In this document: positions 21,134-32,793 of the stretch, one piece after another
Numbering within the stretch: the stretch's first letter is position 1
Layout: each line of letters starts with the position of its first letter
Notes under the pieces: model-generated
Databases searched by the model: none
Told to the model about the DNA's origin: nothing
What the model saw: only the letters and a program-made list of their open reading frames with translations
Position numbers and translations under genes: made by a program
Source of the DNA: Acidobacteriota bacterium
GTDB lineage: Bacteria > Acidobacteriota > UBA890 > WLXD01
Reading direction: 5' to 3'
Length of the DNA stretch: 64,000 nt
Assembly: GCA_963666055.2 (NCBI GenBank)
Contig: CAXWPH010000006.1
Location: 373,827 to 437,826, forward strand

Positions 21134-21961
21134 TCAGCGTGCTGCTGTAGCAGAGATGCGCACGCCGCCCACGGCTCCGGACGCGAACAGGTCAGCGACG
21201 ACACGGTAGAACTCCTCGAGGCCGTCGACGATCTCCGATCCGTGGACGTCGACGTTGCGTTCTCGGGCGGCGTCGAACGATCGCGAGCGCTCCGAGGTGA
21301 ACACCGCCCACGCTGCCGACATGTCCTGTACGACGATGTCGGTGAAGTGCGCCGCCTCCAGGTGAGCACGGTACTCATCAGGCGACGGAAGGTAGGGGCA
21401 CTGGACCTCCCGCCGCAAGTGACGCCACTGCTGGTCGCTGGGCTCCTGGAGCTTGATGAAGTCCTCGATCCAGATGCTCCCGCCGGGCTTCAACAGCTGC
21501 CGGCAGACACCGAACAGGCGCCGGCGCTCGGGTATGTGCAGGAATACGAGGAGCGACAACAGCACGTCGAAGGCCCCGCCAAACAGATCGCCGTCGATAT
21601 CGGGATCGAGCATGTCACCGGCACGATGCAGCACTCGATCGGAGAGGCCGCAGCGACGCGTCAGGTCCTTACCCAATCGATGAAGATCGGGCTGCAACTC
21701 GAGAGCCGTGACCTTGCATCCGGCCCGGTCAGCCACGTAGCGTGCCGGACCGCCGATGCCCGAGCCAACGTCGAGCACGCGGCTGTCAGACGTTAGCGCC
21801 AGATCCTCGATCGCAGCATCGAGCGCCTCGAGCCCGTGATAGTGGTATTGATCGTGTGCGACGAGATCGTTGACCTCGAGTGGCTCCCCGTCACCGAGGC
21901 CGTCGGCCCGCAGTTCGTCGTAAATACGTTCTGCGTGATAGTAGAGCTTCATCTCCTTCAT
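21134..21961 (-). CDS. Class I SAM-dependent methyltransferase (sarcosine/dimethylglycine N-methyltransferase-like)
   Basis: DQYHYHG; VLDVGSGIGGPAR; LKPGG. Confidence 0.8.
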   Translation of the reverse strand: MKEMKLYYHAERIYDELRADGLGDGEPLEVNDLVAHDQYHYHGLEALDAAIEDLALTSDSRVLDVGSGIGGPARYVADRAGCKVTALELQPDLHRLGKDLTRRCGLSDRVLHRAGDMLDPDIDGDLFGGAFDVLLSLLVFLHIPERRRLFGVCRQLLKPGGSIWIEDFIKLQEPSDQQWRHLRREVQCPYLPSPDEYRAHLEAAHFTDIVVQDMSAAWAVFTSERSRSFDAARERNVDVHGSEIVDGLEEFYRVVADLFASGAVGGVRISATAAR

Positions 21962-21978
21962 CGACGCACTCGCACGCT

Positions 21979-23433
21979 TCAGTCCACCCGCTCGAAAACC
22001 AAGCCCCTGGCCCTTCTGCCATCCAGGGTAAACCCCGTCACCCGGCCAGCCGGGGAACGCTCGAAGGTAACCGTCAGACGCGGGGATGCGAACACCCCAC
22101 CACCCGCGGCCTGTAGCTGCACTGGATCCCTGCCGGGGATCGTAAGCTCGAGCCCCTCGTCCGTCCGCACCACCTCGTAGGTGGCATTGACCTCGCCGCC
22201 ATCGTATGAGCCGGTGTAGCCGGCGAGATCACGGTCCGTCAGCTGCACGGCTGCCACGGGTTCGGCCTGCGCCGCGCTGCTGCTCGTTGGCGATGCCAAC
22301 GGCGCAAGCTCGGGAACGAGCGATCGTAGATAAATATCGGCTATCTCGAGGGCCAGGCGAACGGCGTTGGCGTTACCACCGTTGACCGCCGTGAACACCG
22401 CCAGGCGCTGCTCGGGATAGCGGACGGTATGCGCGGTGAACGCGGCGAAACCGCCGGAGTGGTGTACACGGCGCAGACCCCGGTCGTCGTCGAACGTCAA
22501 CCCGAACGCGTAATCCAGCTCCTCGCCGCTATTGAGCACCCCTCGCTGGCTCATCTGCTCCATGAGCTCGGGGTCGCCGTGCTCGAGGTGAACGAACCAG
22601 TGGAGCATGTCCTGCGCGGTAGTGAACACGCCGCCGGCGCCGACGAAGTCGCGCTGCGACATGTAGAGCCGCCACCCATCGGTATCTAGATCGCGGACAT
22701 ATCCATAGGCGCGCTCCGGAACGACGGCACCGTGGTCGTCCTTGAACAGCGAGCTGCGCATGCCAAGCGGCTCGAAGATCTCGTTGCGTGCGAACTCCGC
22801 CATCGTCTTGCCGGTAACCCGCTCCACCAACACCGCAATCAGGAAGTAGCCCGAGTTGCTGTAGAGAAACTGATCGCCGGGAGGAAAATTGAGCCCGCGC
22901 TGCCGAGCCAGCAGCTCGAACGTCGCGGCGGTGGTGGCGAGTTGATCCGATCGGTACCCGGCGAAGCCCGCAAGCTCGTTGTAATCGCGCGGCCCACTGG
23001 TATGGTGCACGAGGTGGCGCACCGTCACGACCCCCTCGGGGTAGAGCGGAATCTCCGGGAGGTGCTTCCGAATGTCGTCGTCCAGGCGCAGCTTTCCCCG
23101 TTGGGCCAGAATCGCGATAGCCATGGCGGCGAACTGCTTGGAGACCGAGCCCACCCGAAATACCGTCGACGGCGTGTTGGGGATTCTGTACTCCAGATTC
23201 GCGAGCCCGAAACCACGCGCGTAGACGAGCTCGCTGTCCAGGTACACGCCGAGCACACCCCCTGGTCCGTCGTCCAGATCGTACGGCGCCACTAGCTCGT
23301 CGACCGCGACAGATCGGCCGTCCGCGGTTCCGGATCGAACGGAAGGTGCCCCCGACCCGTCTCGACCCGCCGGATCAGAGCCAGCGGCGGCAACCGCCAA
23401 GGCGAGGGCAACATGTTTCCACGTACGACTCAT
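21979..23433 (-). CDS. Secreted beta-lactamase-family (S12) serine hydrolase
   Basis: SVSK, YSN and HSG motifs; TVRHLVHHTSG. Confidence 0.88.
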   Translation of the reverse strand: MSRTWKHVALALAVAAAGSDPAGRDGSGAPSVRSGTADGRSVAVDELVAPYDLDDGPGGVLGVYLDSELVYARGFGLANLEYRIPNTPSTVFRVGSVSKQFAAMAIAILAQRGKLRLDDDIRKHLPEIPLYPEGVVTVRHLVHHTSGPRDYNELAGFAGYRSDQLATTAATFELLARQRGLNFPPGDQFLYSNSGYFLIAVLVERVTGKTMAEFARNEIFEPLGMRSSLFKDDHGAVVPERAYGYVRDLDTDGWRLYMSQRDFVGAGGVFTTAQDMLHWFVHLEHGDPELMEQMSQRGVLNSGEELDYAFGLTFDDDRGLRRVHHSGGFAAFTAHTVRYPEQRLAVFTAVNGGNANAVRLALEIADIYLRSLVPELAPLASPTSSSAAQAEPVAAVQLTDRDLAGYTGSYDGGEVNATYEVVRTDEGLELTIPGRDPVQLQAAGGGVFASPRLTVTFERSPAGRVTGFTLDGRRARGLVFERVD

Positions 23434-23595
23434 CCCTCCCCTCCCTGCTGAGCTGCGTCCGCGGCCGGAGCCTGGCTTCGGCCGTCAGAGCGTACACTGG
23501 CGCACAACGTTGAACCGATCGGTGCTCGGCACCTGCGTGATCACCACACCGCGATGTGCCGACGAAGAATCCGCCGATCCGGCGGCTTCGAGTTC

Positions 23596-23776
23596 CATGC
23601 AAATGGAGTCGTTCGCCCACAGCATCGCCGCCGACCAGGAGCCCGAGGTTTCGGCCGAGGACGGGATCAAAGCGCTACGCGCGCTGCTCGCCGTCTACCA
23701 AAGCCACGAACGAGGCACCGCGATCAAGATCGGAAATTCTCAGGAAACAAGCGCGGGCGACGGACCCGAGCCGTAG
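23596..23776 (+). pseudogene. C-terminal remnant of a Gfo/Idh/MocA oxidoreductase
   Basis: QMESFAHSIAADQEPEVSAEDGIKALRALLAVYQSHERG matches the family's C-terminal helices; no N-terminal Rossmann domain. Confidence 0.6.
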
Positions 23777-23791
23777 CTCTCCAGTTGTCCC

Positions 23792-25864
23792 TCACGCCAT
23801 ATCCGCGAAGCCCTTGCGGTCAGCAACGAGCTGCTCGAGCAGCTGCGAGGGTCGCCAGAAGTCGTCCTCGTCTTGCTGCTCGAACTGCTTCAAGGCCTCC
23901 AGTACGGTCGGCAACCCGATGGTGTCGGCGTAGAACATGGGCCCTCCCCGATACACCGGCCATCCGTAACCACACACCCAGACCACGTCGATGTCGCTGG
24001 GCCGGCTGCTGATACCCTCGGCGAGGATCTTGGCGCCCTCGTTGATCATCGGATAGAGGCTGCGCTGCAGGATCTCCTCGTCGCTGAAGTCGCGGCGTGT
24101 CTTCCCCATCGTCTCCGAGATCTCCAGGATGAGCTTCTCGACGTCGGGCTCAGCACTGCTGGCACGGGTCTCCGGATCGTAGTTGTAGTAGCCGGCGCCG
24201 GTCTTCTGACCGCGCCGACCCATCTCGCACAGTCGGTCGCGCACCGTCTGACCTCCGGCGGGCGTGCCATCCCAACGAAGATCGAGACCGGCGAGATCGG
24301 CCATCGCAAACGGCCCCATCGGCATGCCGAACTCGAAGTTGACGCGGTCGACGTCCTCGGGCAAGGGGCCCTCGAGGATCATGCGGTCCACCTGGGCGCT
24401 GCGCTGAAACAGCATACGGTTGCCGATGAAGCCGGGACACACGCCCGAGACAACCGCAACTTTGCCGATCTGCTTGGCCAGGGCCATCACCGACGCCACG
24501 ACCTCCTTGGAAGTGCGTTCGGCGCGCACCACCTCGAGCAACCGCATGATGTTGGCAGGGCTGAAGAAGTGGGTACCCAACACCATCTCAGGACGCTGCG
24601 TCACCGCGGCGATCTCGTTGACGTCCAGTGCTGAAGTATTGGTTGCCAGTATCGCGCCGGCCTTGGCGATGCCGTCGAGCTTCGTGAAGACCTCTTTCTT
24701 GAGCTCCATGTTCTCGAAGACAGCTTCGATAATAAGGTCGCAGTCGGCGAGCCCCTCGAGCGACAAAGTGGGCGTAAGCAGGTCCATCCGCTCATCCACC
24801 TGCGCCGGGGTGATCCGCCCGCGCTTGGCGGTGCGATCGTAGTTCTTCCTCACTACCCCGAGGCCGCGGTCGAGCGCATCCTGCCCGGTCTCGACGATGG
24901 TGACGGGAATCCCCCGGTTGAGGAAGTTCATCGCGATACCGCCACCCATCGTTCCCGCGCCTACGATTCCAACCTTGTTGATGGGGATTTTCGGCGTGTC
25001 CTTGGGAACATCGGGGATCTTGCCCGCCTGGCGCTCGGCGAAGAAGTAGTGGCGCTGGGCAGCCGACTGCTCGCTGTTGAGCAGCGTGTCGAATCTCTCG
25101 CGCTCGGCTCGTATGCCCTCGTCGAACGGCTCGGATATGGCGTCTTCGACGCATTGGATGATCGCCTCGGGCGCTTCGAACCCGCGTGTCCTGCGCGCAA
25201 TGGATCGGCGGAACCGTTCAAACAGCTCCGGGTCCTTCCTCGCTTCCTCGATCTTGTCTTCAAGGTCGCGCACCTTCAGCAGCGGCCGACCTTCCTCGAC
25301 TACTTGCTTGGCGAAAGCCAGCCCGCCTTCGAACACGTCATCGACGATCTCGTCGATGAGACCGTTCTGAAGAGCGAAATCAGCGCCCACCATCCGGCCC
25401 GACACCATCATCTCGAGAGCCTTCTCGACGCCAACGACTCTCGGCAACCGTTGCGTCCCGCCCGCCCCCGGCAAGATCCCCAACTTCACTTCCGGCAGAC
25501 CGAAACGGGCCGTCGCGATAGCCACGCGGTAGTGGCAACAAAGCGCCGTCTCCAGCCCGCCGCCGAGTGCAGTGCCGTGGATGGACGAAACGACGGGCTT
25601 GGATGCGCCCTCGATCACGGCGTGCATTTGGGACAGCGGCACGCCTTCCGTTGGCCGACCGAACTCCTTGATATCGGCCCCAGCGAAGTACGTGCGACCC
25701 TCGCACAGGATCAAGATCGCGTCAGCGGCCTGGTCGGCGTCGGCTCTCAGAACTGCCTCGTGCAGCCCATCCCGTACTCCCCGGCTCAGGGCGTTCACCG
25801 GAGGATTGTCGACGCGGATCACCGCGATGCCATGGTCAACGTCCATTCGCACCATATCGGTCAT
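23792..25864 (-). CDS. Bifunctional enoyl-CoA hydratase / 3-hydroxyacyl-CoA dehydrogenase
   Basis: NPPVNAL, AGADIKEF, LPEVKLGILPGAGGTQRLPR, GAGTMGGGIA, HFFSPA, GFIGNRM. Confidence 0.95.
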   Translation of the reverse strand: MTDMVRMDVDHGIAVIRVDNPPVNALSRGVRDGLHEAVLRADADQAADAILILCEGRTYFAGADIKEFGRPTEGVPLSQMHAVIEGASKPVVSSIHGTALGGGLETALCCHYRVAIATARFGLPEVKLGILPGAGGTQRLPRVVGVEKALEMMVSGRMVGADFALQNGLIDEIVDDVFEGGLAFAKQVVEEGRPLLKVRDLEDKIEEARKDPELFERFRRSIARRTRGFEAPEAIIQCVEDAISEPFDEGIRAERERFDTLLNSEQSAAQRHYFFAERQAGKIPDVPKDTPKIPINKVGIVGAGTMGGGIAMNFLNRGIPVTIVETGQDALDRGLGVVRKNYDRTAKRGRITPAQVDERMDLLTPTLSLEGLADCDLIIEAVFENMELKKEVFTKLDGIAKAGAILATNTSALDVNEIAAVTQRPEMVLGTHFFSPANIMRLLEVVRAERTSKEVVASVMALAKQIGKVAVVSGVCPGFIGNRMLFQRSAQVDRMILEGPLPEDVDRVNFEFGMPMGPFAMADLAGLDLRWDGTPAGGQTVRDRLCEMGRRGQKTGAGYYNYDPETRASSAEPDVEKLILEISETMGKTRRDFSDEEILQRSLYPMINEGAKILAEGISSRPSDIDVVWVCGYGWPVYRGGPMFYADTIGLPTVLEALKQFEQQDEDDFWRPSQLLEQLVADRKGFADMA

Positions 25865-25980
25865 CTTCGCGATGGCTCCCACGTTAGATTCGTGCTAGAC
25901 CCCTTACGCTCGAGAGAGCTTACACAGACAGGATGATCGGCGCCGGAGCGAAGCTGACCACCCGACCGAAGGAGTGCGTG

Positions 25981-27171
25981 ATGCGTGAAGCAGTTGTCGT
26001 GGCGAGCTCGCGGACGCCGCTCGCCAAGTCGTTTCGTGGCTCACTGAACATGACGCGGCCCGACGACTATCTGGCGCACTGCATCAAGGACGTGATCGCC
26101 AAGGCACCCGAGCTCGACGCCGCGGAGGTGGAAGACGTCATCGCCGGCTGTGCGCGTCCGGAGGGTTCGCAGGGTTCGAACGTCGCCCGCGTGGCGGCGA
26201 TCAGGGCAGGGCTGCCCGTCCAGGTAGCTGCCACCACCGTGAATCGATTCTGTAGCTCTGGCCTGCAGGCGGTGGCCATGGCAGCACATCAGATCATCCA
26301 GGAGGGCGCCGCAGCGGCGATTGGCGGCAGCGTCGAGAGCATCACCCAAACCTTCTCGGCCAAGGTCGACCCGAACCCGTGGGTGCAGGAGCACAAGCCA
26401 GGCATCTACCTGGTCATGGGCGACACCGCCGAGGTGGTAGCGAAGCGCTACCAGATCAGCCGCGAGGTTCAGGACGAGTACGCGCTCTCGAGCCAACTGC
26501 GCACCGCGGCGGCACAGCAAGAGGGCCGGCTGGACGAGGAGCTGGCACCGATGCAGGTGACTCGTGCCATCATCGACAAGAAGACCGGCGACGCTGTGGG
26601 CGAGGAAGAGCACTCCCTCGAGGTCGACGAATGCAATCGTCCGGATACCACGCTCGAGGGCCTCGCATCCCTGAAGCCATACTTCGACCGCGACAGTGGC
26701 CACGGCACCGTTACCCCGGGTAACTCGTCGCAGCTATCCGACGGCGCGGCGGCAACATTGCTGATGTCACGCGAGCGCGCCGAGGCTCTGGGCATCACGC
26801 CGAAGCTGCTGTTCCGCGGCTTCGCCGTGGCCGGATGCGAGCCCGATGAGATGGGCATCGGACCGGTGTTCGCGGTGCCGAAGTTGCTGCAGCGTCACGA
26901 CCTCTCGGTCGATGACATCGATCTCTGGGAGCTCAATGAGGCCTTCGCCGTGCAGGTGGTCTATTGCCGCGACCGGCCCGGCATCGATCCCGACAAGCTC
27001 AACGTCAACGGCGGCGCGATCTCCATAGGCCATCCGTTCGGCATGACCGGCTCGCGCATGGTCGGCACGCTCGCCAACGAGATGGTCCGCCGCGGCGCCC
27101 GCTACGGCGTAGTGACAATGTGCATAGGCGGTGGGCAGGGTGCCGCCGGGCTCTTCGAGCGCTGCCAATAA
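25981..27171 (+). CDS. Acetyl-CoA C-acyltransferase (thiolase)
   Basis: [29 protein letters not shown]. Confidence 0.95.
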   Translation: MREAVVVASSRTPLAKSFRGSLNMTRPDDYLAHCIKDVIAKAPELDAAEVEDVIAGCARPEGSQGSNVARVAAIRAGLPVQVAATTVNRFCSSGLQAVAMAAHQIIQEGAAAAIGGSVESITQTFSAKVDPNPWVQEHKPGIYLVMGDTAEVVAKRYQISREVQDEYALSSQLRTAAAQQEGRLDEELAPMQVTRAIIDKKTGDAVGEEEHSLEVDECNRPDTTLEGLASLKPYFDRDSGHGTVTPGNSSQLSDGAAATLLMSRERAEALGITPKLLFRGFAVAGCEPDEMGIGPVFAVPKLLQRHDLSVDDIDLWELNEAFAVQVVYCRDRPGIDPDKLNVNGGAISIGHPFGMTGSRMVGTLANEMVRRGARYGVVTMCIGGGQGAAGLFERCQ

Positions 27172-27191
27172 CCGGCGACAGGAGCGTCAGC

Positions 27192-28394
27192 ATGCTCTTC
27201 GAGATCTCTGACAAGGGAAGGCGCCACTACGAGCGGGTGCTCGAGTTCGTAGAGACCAACATCGTCCCCAACGAAGAGCTGTACGAGCAGCAGGTAGCCG
27301 AGGGGGATCGATGGGCGCCCGTTCCGATCATGGAGGAGCTCAAGCAGAAGGCCAAGGATGCCAGCCTGTGGAACCTGTTTCTGCCGGAAAGCGAGCTCGG
27401 CGCGGGCCTCACGAATCTCGAGTACGCCCCGATCGCCGAGCTCACTGGCAAGTACCGCATCGCCGGTGAAGCAATGAACTGCTCCGCGCCCGACACTGGC
27501 AACATGGAGGTGTTGGTGCGGTACGCCAGCGACCAGCTGAAGGAGCGTTGGCTGACGCCGCTGTTGAACGGCGAGATCCGCTCGGCGTTCTGCATGACCG
27601 AGCCCGACGTCGCCTCGTCGGATGCAACCAACATCCAATCACGCATCGAGCGCGACGGCGACGAATACGTGATCAACGGTCGCAAGTGGTGGACGTCCGG
27701 CGCCGGCGACCCCCGCTGCAAGGTCTTCATCTTCATGGGCAAGACGGATCCCGAGGCGTCGCCGTACGAGCAGCAATCGATGATCGTCGTTCCGCGCGAC
27801 ACGCCGGGCGTGGAGATCCTCCGAACGCTCAACGTATTCGGCTATGATCACGCGCCGCACGGGCATGCCGAGATCGAGTTCACCGACGTGCGGGTTCCCG
27901 CCTCCAACTTGCTACTGGGGGAGGGTCGTGGCTTCGAGATCGCCCAAGGCCGTCTGGGCCCAGGGCGGATCCACCACTGCATGCGCTGCGTCGGCGTAGC
28001 GGAACGCGCCCTCGAGCTCATGTGCCGACGCGTGCGCGAGCGCGTCGCCTTCGGACGGCGGCTGGCAGACATGGGCGCGATTCGACAGGACATCGCCAGA
28101 TCACGGATTGAGATAGACGCAGCACGGCTGCTGGTGCTGAACGCCGCACATCTGATGGATACGGTCGGCAACAAGGCGGCCCGGAAGGAGATCGCCGCGA
28201 TCAAGGTATTGGCGCCACAGATGTCGCTCGACGTGATCGATCGCGCCATTCAGGCCCACGGTGGCATGGGTGTCTGCCAGGACACCTTCCTCGCCTTTGC
28301 CTGGGCGGAACAGCGCACGCTTCGCCTGGCCGACGGGCCCGACGAGGTCCACCGGGCTCAGATCGCCAAGCTCGAGCTCAAGAAGTACGAATGA
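27192..28394 (+). CDS. Acyl-CoA dehydrogenase (ACAD10/11-like)
   Basis: [50 protein letters not shown]. Confidence 0.95.
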   Translation: MLFEISDKGRRHYERVLEFVETNIVPNEELYEQQVAEGDRWAPVPIMEELKQKAKDASLWNLFLPESELGAGLTNLEYAPIAELTGKYRIAGEAMNCSAPDTGNMEVLVRYASDQLKERWLTPLLNGEIRSAFCMTEPDVASSDATNIQSRIERDGDEYVINGRKWWTSGAGDPRCKVFIFMGKTDPEASPYEQQSMIVVPRDTPGVEILRTLNVFGYDHAPHGHAEIEFTDVRVPASNLLLGEGRGFEIAQGRLGPGRIHHCMRCVGVAERALELMCRRVRERVAFGRRLADMGAIRQDIARSRIEIDAARLLVLNAAHLMDTVGNKAARKEIAAIKVLAPQMSLDVIDRAIQAHGGMGVCQDTFLAFAWAEQRTLRLADGPDEVHRAQIAKLELKKYE

Positions 28395-29419
28395 GCGGCC
28401 CGCAAGGCCTGATCGAGATTCGAGACAACCACCGCTTCGACGAACAGGCGCTGCACGAGTACCTACGCCAGCAACTGCACGGCTACTCTGGCCGGGCACA
28501 GATTCAGCAGTTCTCGGGCGGGCAGTCCAACCCCACCTTCTTGCTGACCGAGGCGGAGCGGTCCTGGGTGCTGCGCAAGAAACCGCCCGGCAAGCTGCTA
28601 CCCAGCGCGCATCAGGTCGAGCGTGAGCACCGCATATACGAGGCGCTGGCGAACAGCGACGTCCCAGTGCCCGCCGTGCACCTGCTGTGCGACGACGCAT
28701 CGATCATCGGCACGCCGTTCTACGTGATGGAGTACGTGCAAGGGCGGATCTTCTCCGATCCCAACCTGCCCGACGCGAGCGCATCCGATCGCCGCTCGAT
28801 CTACGCCGAGATGATGCGCGTGCTCGCCGCGCTACACACCGTCGACTATGAGTCCAACGGACTGCTCGACTTCGGCAAGCCGGGCAACTACTTCGTGCGC
28901 CAGATCGGTCGTTGGACCAAGCAATACCTGGCGGCGCAGACCGACTCCATCCCGTCGATGGACCGGCTCATGGAGTGGCTGCCCGAGAACGCCCCTCACG
29001 ACGACACCACGACGATCGTTCACGGCGACTACCAGCTCTACAACATCGTGTTCCACCCGACCGAGCCGAGAGCCCTGGCAGTGCTCGACTGGGAGCTATC
29101 GACGCTTGGCCACCCGCTGGCCGACCTGGCCTACAACTGCATGAAGTACCACGGCGAGGCACCTGGCGGCTCGGTCGGCGGAAACCCCGATGTGCCTGGT
29201 GAGCGCGAGGTCGTGGCGAGGTACTGCGAGCTCGTGGGGCGGAGCAGAATCGACAACTGGAACTTCTGCCTGGCGTTCTCGTTTTTCCGGCTGGCGAGCA
29301 TTCTCCAGGGCGTCTACAAGCGCGGCCTGCAGGGAAACGCGGCGTCTTCCCGAGCGCTACAGATGAAGGACATGGTCGCGACGACCTCGGCGGCGGGCTG
29401 GCAGCTGGCTTCTGCCTGA
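28391..29419 (+). CDS. APH-family phosphotransferase (ACAD10/11 N-terminal-like)
   Basis: [40 protein letters not shown]; ATGA overlap with the acyl-CoA dehydrogenase. Confidence 0.92.
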   Translation: MSGPQGLIEIRDNHRFDEQALHEYLRQQLHGYSGRAQIQQFSGGQSNPTFLLTEAERSWVLRKKPPGKLLPSAHQVEREHRIYEALANSDVPVPAVHLLCDDASIIGTPFYVMEYVQGRIFSDPNLPDASASDRRSIYAEMMRVLAALHTVDYESNGLLDFGKPGNYFVRQIGRWTKQYLAAQTDSIPSMDRLMEWLPENAPHDDTTTIVHGDYQLYNIVFHPTEPRALAVLDWELSTLGHPLADLAYNCMKYHGEAPGGSVGGNPDVPGEREVVARYCELVGRSRIDNWNFCLAFSFFRLASILQGVYKRGLQGNAASSRALQMKDMVATTSAAGWQLASA

Positions 29420-29433
29420 TGGAACCAGCGCCC

Positions 29434-31201
29434 CTACGAACATAGCGGCCTCAGCGCGTGCACGAACGCGGCAGGCACGGTGGGATTCGCGAGCCCCCGC
29501 TCCCCGACGCCCTGACGCGCGATCCGAATCGTCGTGATGCCGTTGGGGAACATGATGACGCGCTGACCGCCCCAGCCCGACATGTACGACAGCTCGAGCT
29601 CGCATCCGTCGCCGGCGACAAACGGCCAGTGCCAGGTAGCCATGTGGTACGTGCGCATGCCTGCGTCGGTCGGACGCCCGTACGGGAGTCCTCGGGTCGG
29701 CGTCTCGTACATGAGCTCGGCAAGCTTGTCTCGATGGAGAATCTGCCGTCCGTCGTGCTCGCCCTGATTCCGCATCAGCATGGCGATGCGGGCCAGGTCT
29801 TCTAGCGTCGGAAAGAAAGCGCCCTGCACCATCGGGACGCCGACCGAGCCGTCGGGCTCGAGTGTCAGGGCCGCCGCCGGGTGTGCGCCGATTGGCCCAT
29901 AGACTTCTTCGAGCAGGAACTCCCAGAGGTTGGCGGTCGGGCCCTCCTGTTCCTTCAGGTACGCGTCCGCCACAACGCCGACGAGGAACATGTCCTGGTC
30001 GCGATAGCGGAAGACCTCCCCAGGACCCCAGGGGTGGTTGGTGGCGGCAAGCAACCCGGTGACCTTCTCGCGGCGTGAGTCGAGCGGGTACCACTCGTCG
30101 TAGCGCACCAGATAGCCATCGCTCTGGTTGTTGGGCTCGGTTACCTCGCTACCCTCCCCCACGCCGGTGGCCATGTTCAGCGCGTCACCCACGGTGACGC
30201 CATCGTACCCGTGGTGGGGTGGAGTGGCCTCGATGTAGTCGAGGATCGGCAGATCGAAGACCTGCGGACCGTACTTCTGTGCCAGCGCCAGCATCGCCAC
30301 AGAGGCCATGGCGGTCTTGGTGGCCGACCAGACGCCGAAGCGCTGATCGTCGCAATAGGGAAGATCACCGAATGGCGTGTAGCAGGGGCTCCGGTAGAGC
30401 ACGCCGTCCCGCAACAGCGCCAGCGCGATGATGTTATCGGGGCTCACCGTCTGGTCGGCCCCCTCGAGAGCTTCTGGCCCCACGCCTGCCCCGAGCTCTT
30501 CCCACGGCGCCACGGGCAATCGGCCGGCCAGCTCAGCGGCGTAGTCGGCCACCAGAGCGTCGACGTTGGCGGGGGGTGTGGGATCGTGGGCGATGTCCAG
30601 CTGCCCCCAGGCCTCGAAGAACTCCTCGACGTAGAACGGACTGGTCAGGGTGACGATCTGATAACGGAGCTGTGATACCTCGTCGCCGTTGTAGAGGAAC
30701 ATCGCAACACCGTTGTGCGACTCGCCCTCCAGCGAGTTAGCCAGCGCGAACCCGAACGAGGCTCGCGACCACTCACCATCGGCAGGCTCGGACCCAGATC
30801 CGCCCCGGAAAAACGAGGATGTCCCAGTAGCTACCGCCGGTCTTCAACGAACCGACCCGTATCAGCCCCCGATCTAGGGGTACCAGACGATCGCCGTGTG
30901 TGAAGAACGACAGCGACACACCGGGAAACAGCTGGGTGTCGCGATCAAGCACCATTCGCTTGGCGAACTGCGCCGGATCGGTGCTCATCTCCGCAGTCTC
31001 GAGGAGCAGCGTGCCCTCGAAGGAAGCGTGGGCGGGAGCGGCGCTGGCGCCGGGAAGGAAGGCGGAATTGGGCATCACGCCCTCCGCGACCGCCGCGTCG
31101 ACGAGCGATTCGGCGGACAGCTGCGGCGGCACCGACTGGTCACATCCGGTCAGCAGGAACACGTAGAGAAACGTCGGTGTCAGGTGCTTTCGAATTCGCA
31201 T
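29434..31201 (-). pseudogene. Lipoprotein serine hydrolase (beta-lactamase-like), single frameshift near 30794
   Basis: N-terminal part with lipobox LLTGC up to PGRIW; one extra G, then SEPADGEWSRASFGFAL...; SATK, YRD and MSG motifs. Probably an intact gene with a sequencing error. Confidence 0.7.
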
Positions 31202-31253
31202 GGCCTTTGTCCTGGTGGCGGAAACAGGCGCTGGGTGACAAGCCGCGTGTTTC

Positions 31254-32676
31254 CTACCAGAGCTGTTCCTCCTTGACCGGGCCTTCGTCCCACATCTGCG
31301 CGCTCGAGATGTTCGGCATCCCCCAGTCGTTGCCGTTCCAGCCCGAGAAGCCCTTGAGACGGAAAGCCCAGAAACCGGAGTTGAAATCGCTCACCACGAT
31401 GAGGCCGTCGGCATCGCGCACATCAACGCCCCAGGCGCCAGTGTAAATGTTGCCGGTGGTGGCCTGCGGCGGCCGTTCGCCGTCGCCGTAGAGCAGCGGT
31501 CCTATTCGAGTCTGGTAGTAGCCCAGCGTGAAGGGGTGGGTCGGATCGGTCATATCGACGATCTGCAGTCCGTCGTCCTGGGCTGAGATGAAGACGTACG
31601 GCCAGCGCACCTCGTGGTTGTGGGTGGAGCCGCCGAACTTGGCGATCCAGGCGCCGATACCGGACCCGGTAATGACGTTGGGCGTACGCTCGTCCCGATC
31701 CTGGCGGCCGAAGATCGAAGAACCGCACTGGTGAGTGCTGGTAGGTCGGCTCGGGCATGCCGACGGCGTAGCGGCCGTCGGGCGTCGGGGTGAAGGTGTG
31801 CCCATCCATGACGCCCGGAATGCCGGTGACCGTGGTGAGCAGGCGAGGGTTCTCGACGTCGGTGACGTCGAAGACGTGGAAGCCGCCGGTGCCCGCCCCA
31901 TAGAAGCGATCCTGCTCGGCGTCGGGCAGGTACCCCATGAACATGTCGTGCCATTGGCGGCTGCGCTCCGCTCTGGGCGTCGGGACCCGAATGTTCGAGA
32001 CCGGCTCCGTGATGCCGCGGCCCAGCTGTCCGAAGTCATACAGGAAGACGTCTTCAGACTGGGTGGTCGCAGCGAGCAGGGCGCGACCATTCGAGTGCCT
32101 GTAGGTGAAGATGTTGTGGATCCCGCCGACCATATCCGGTAGTCGGATCTCCGCCACCTTGCGCACCGTCGAAGCATCCGGCAGCCCGGTGACGTCGAAG
32201 ACCACAGCGCCGAGGTCAGCGTCCGGTCCGCCCTGTCCGAACTGGCACGACACCACCACGTAGTAACGGCCGTTGTCCTTGGCGTATTTGATGTCGACGC
32301 ACCCAGTGCCCTGATGCAGGTCCGGATCGTCGATGATCCAGCGGTACAGGACCCTCGGTTTGTCCGGGTTCTCGATGCTGATGGCGTAGAAGCCGGAATA
32401 GCCGAAACGCTGGGCTATGTAGGCGTAGGGCCGCGACATCTCCTGTTCGATCTCGATGTCGGCATGACTGAAGCGGATGCCGGGCAGCGGCAAATGCGAC
32501 ACCAACTCGATGTTGGGTGTGCCCGGCATACCGACCGGGTGGCCGGTCTCCGGCTGGATGCAGGTCGGATCGCCGAAACAGGTCACCTGAGCTCTGGCGC
32601 TGGTAGCGGAAAGACAGACAGCCGTGGCAGCGACGAGGATGATCGCAAACGGGGTCAACGGGCTCTTGCGGTGCAC
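31254..32676 (-). pseudogene. Secreted LVIVD-repeat beta-propeller protein, frameshift near 31705
   Basis: Signal peptide; repeats VVFDVT, HVFDVTD, LQIVDMTDP; HN motifs; two overlapping frames join near RFFDLRP / RTPNV. Confidence 0.7.
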
Positions 32677-32771
32677 GGAATGCTCCTGAGTCTCGAGGGG
32701 CGTTCGTCGCTCATCCCCTGGCGCGGGGCGACGACGGCGGGATTATCGGCGCGAGGTGATCGTCAGGCAAC

Positions 32772-32793
32772 CTAGCAGGCCACGGCCTGCTAG
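32772..32793. mobile_element. Collapsed MITE remnant (fused TIR ends), 22-bp near-perfect palindrome
   Basis: ctagcaggcc+acggcctgctag equals the outer ends of both TIRs of the 12864-13142 element; overlaps the TAG stop of the CGNR gene. Confidence 0.7.

Noticed and set aside
19324-21150. 608-aa plus-strand ORF
   Set aside because: Antisense to the redoxin-heme-Cu gene, with low-information Arg/Gly/His-rich composition.
21979-23433. Antibiotic-resistance beta-lactamase
   Set aside because: Motifs fit the broad S12 serine hydrolase family with an extra C-terminal domain; nothing indicates resistance function.
30785-31710. Programmed ribosomal frameshifts in the serine hydrolase and LVIVD genes
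   Set aside because: No slippery heptamer was seen; single-base indel errors explain them more simply.
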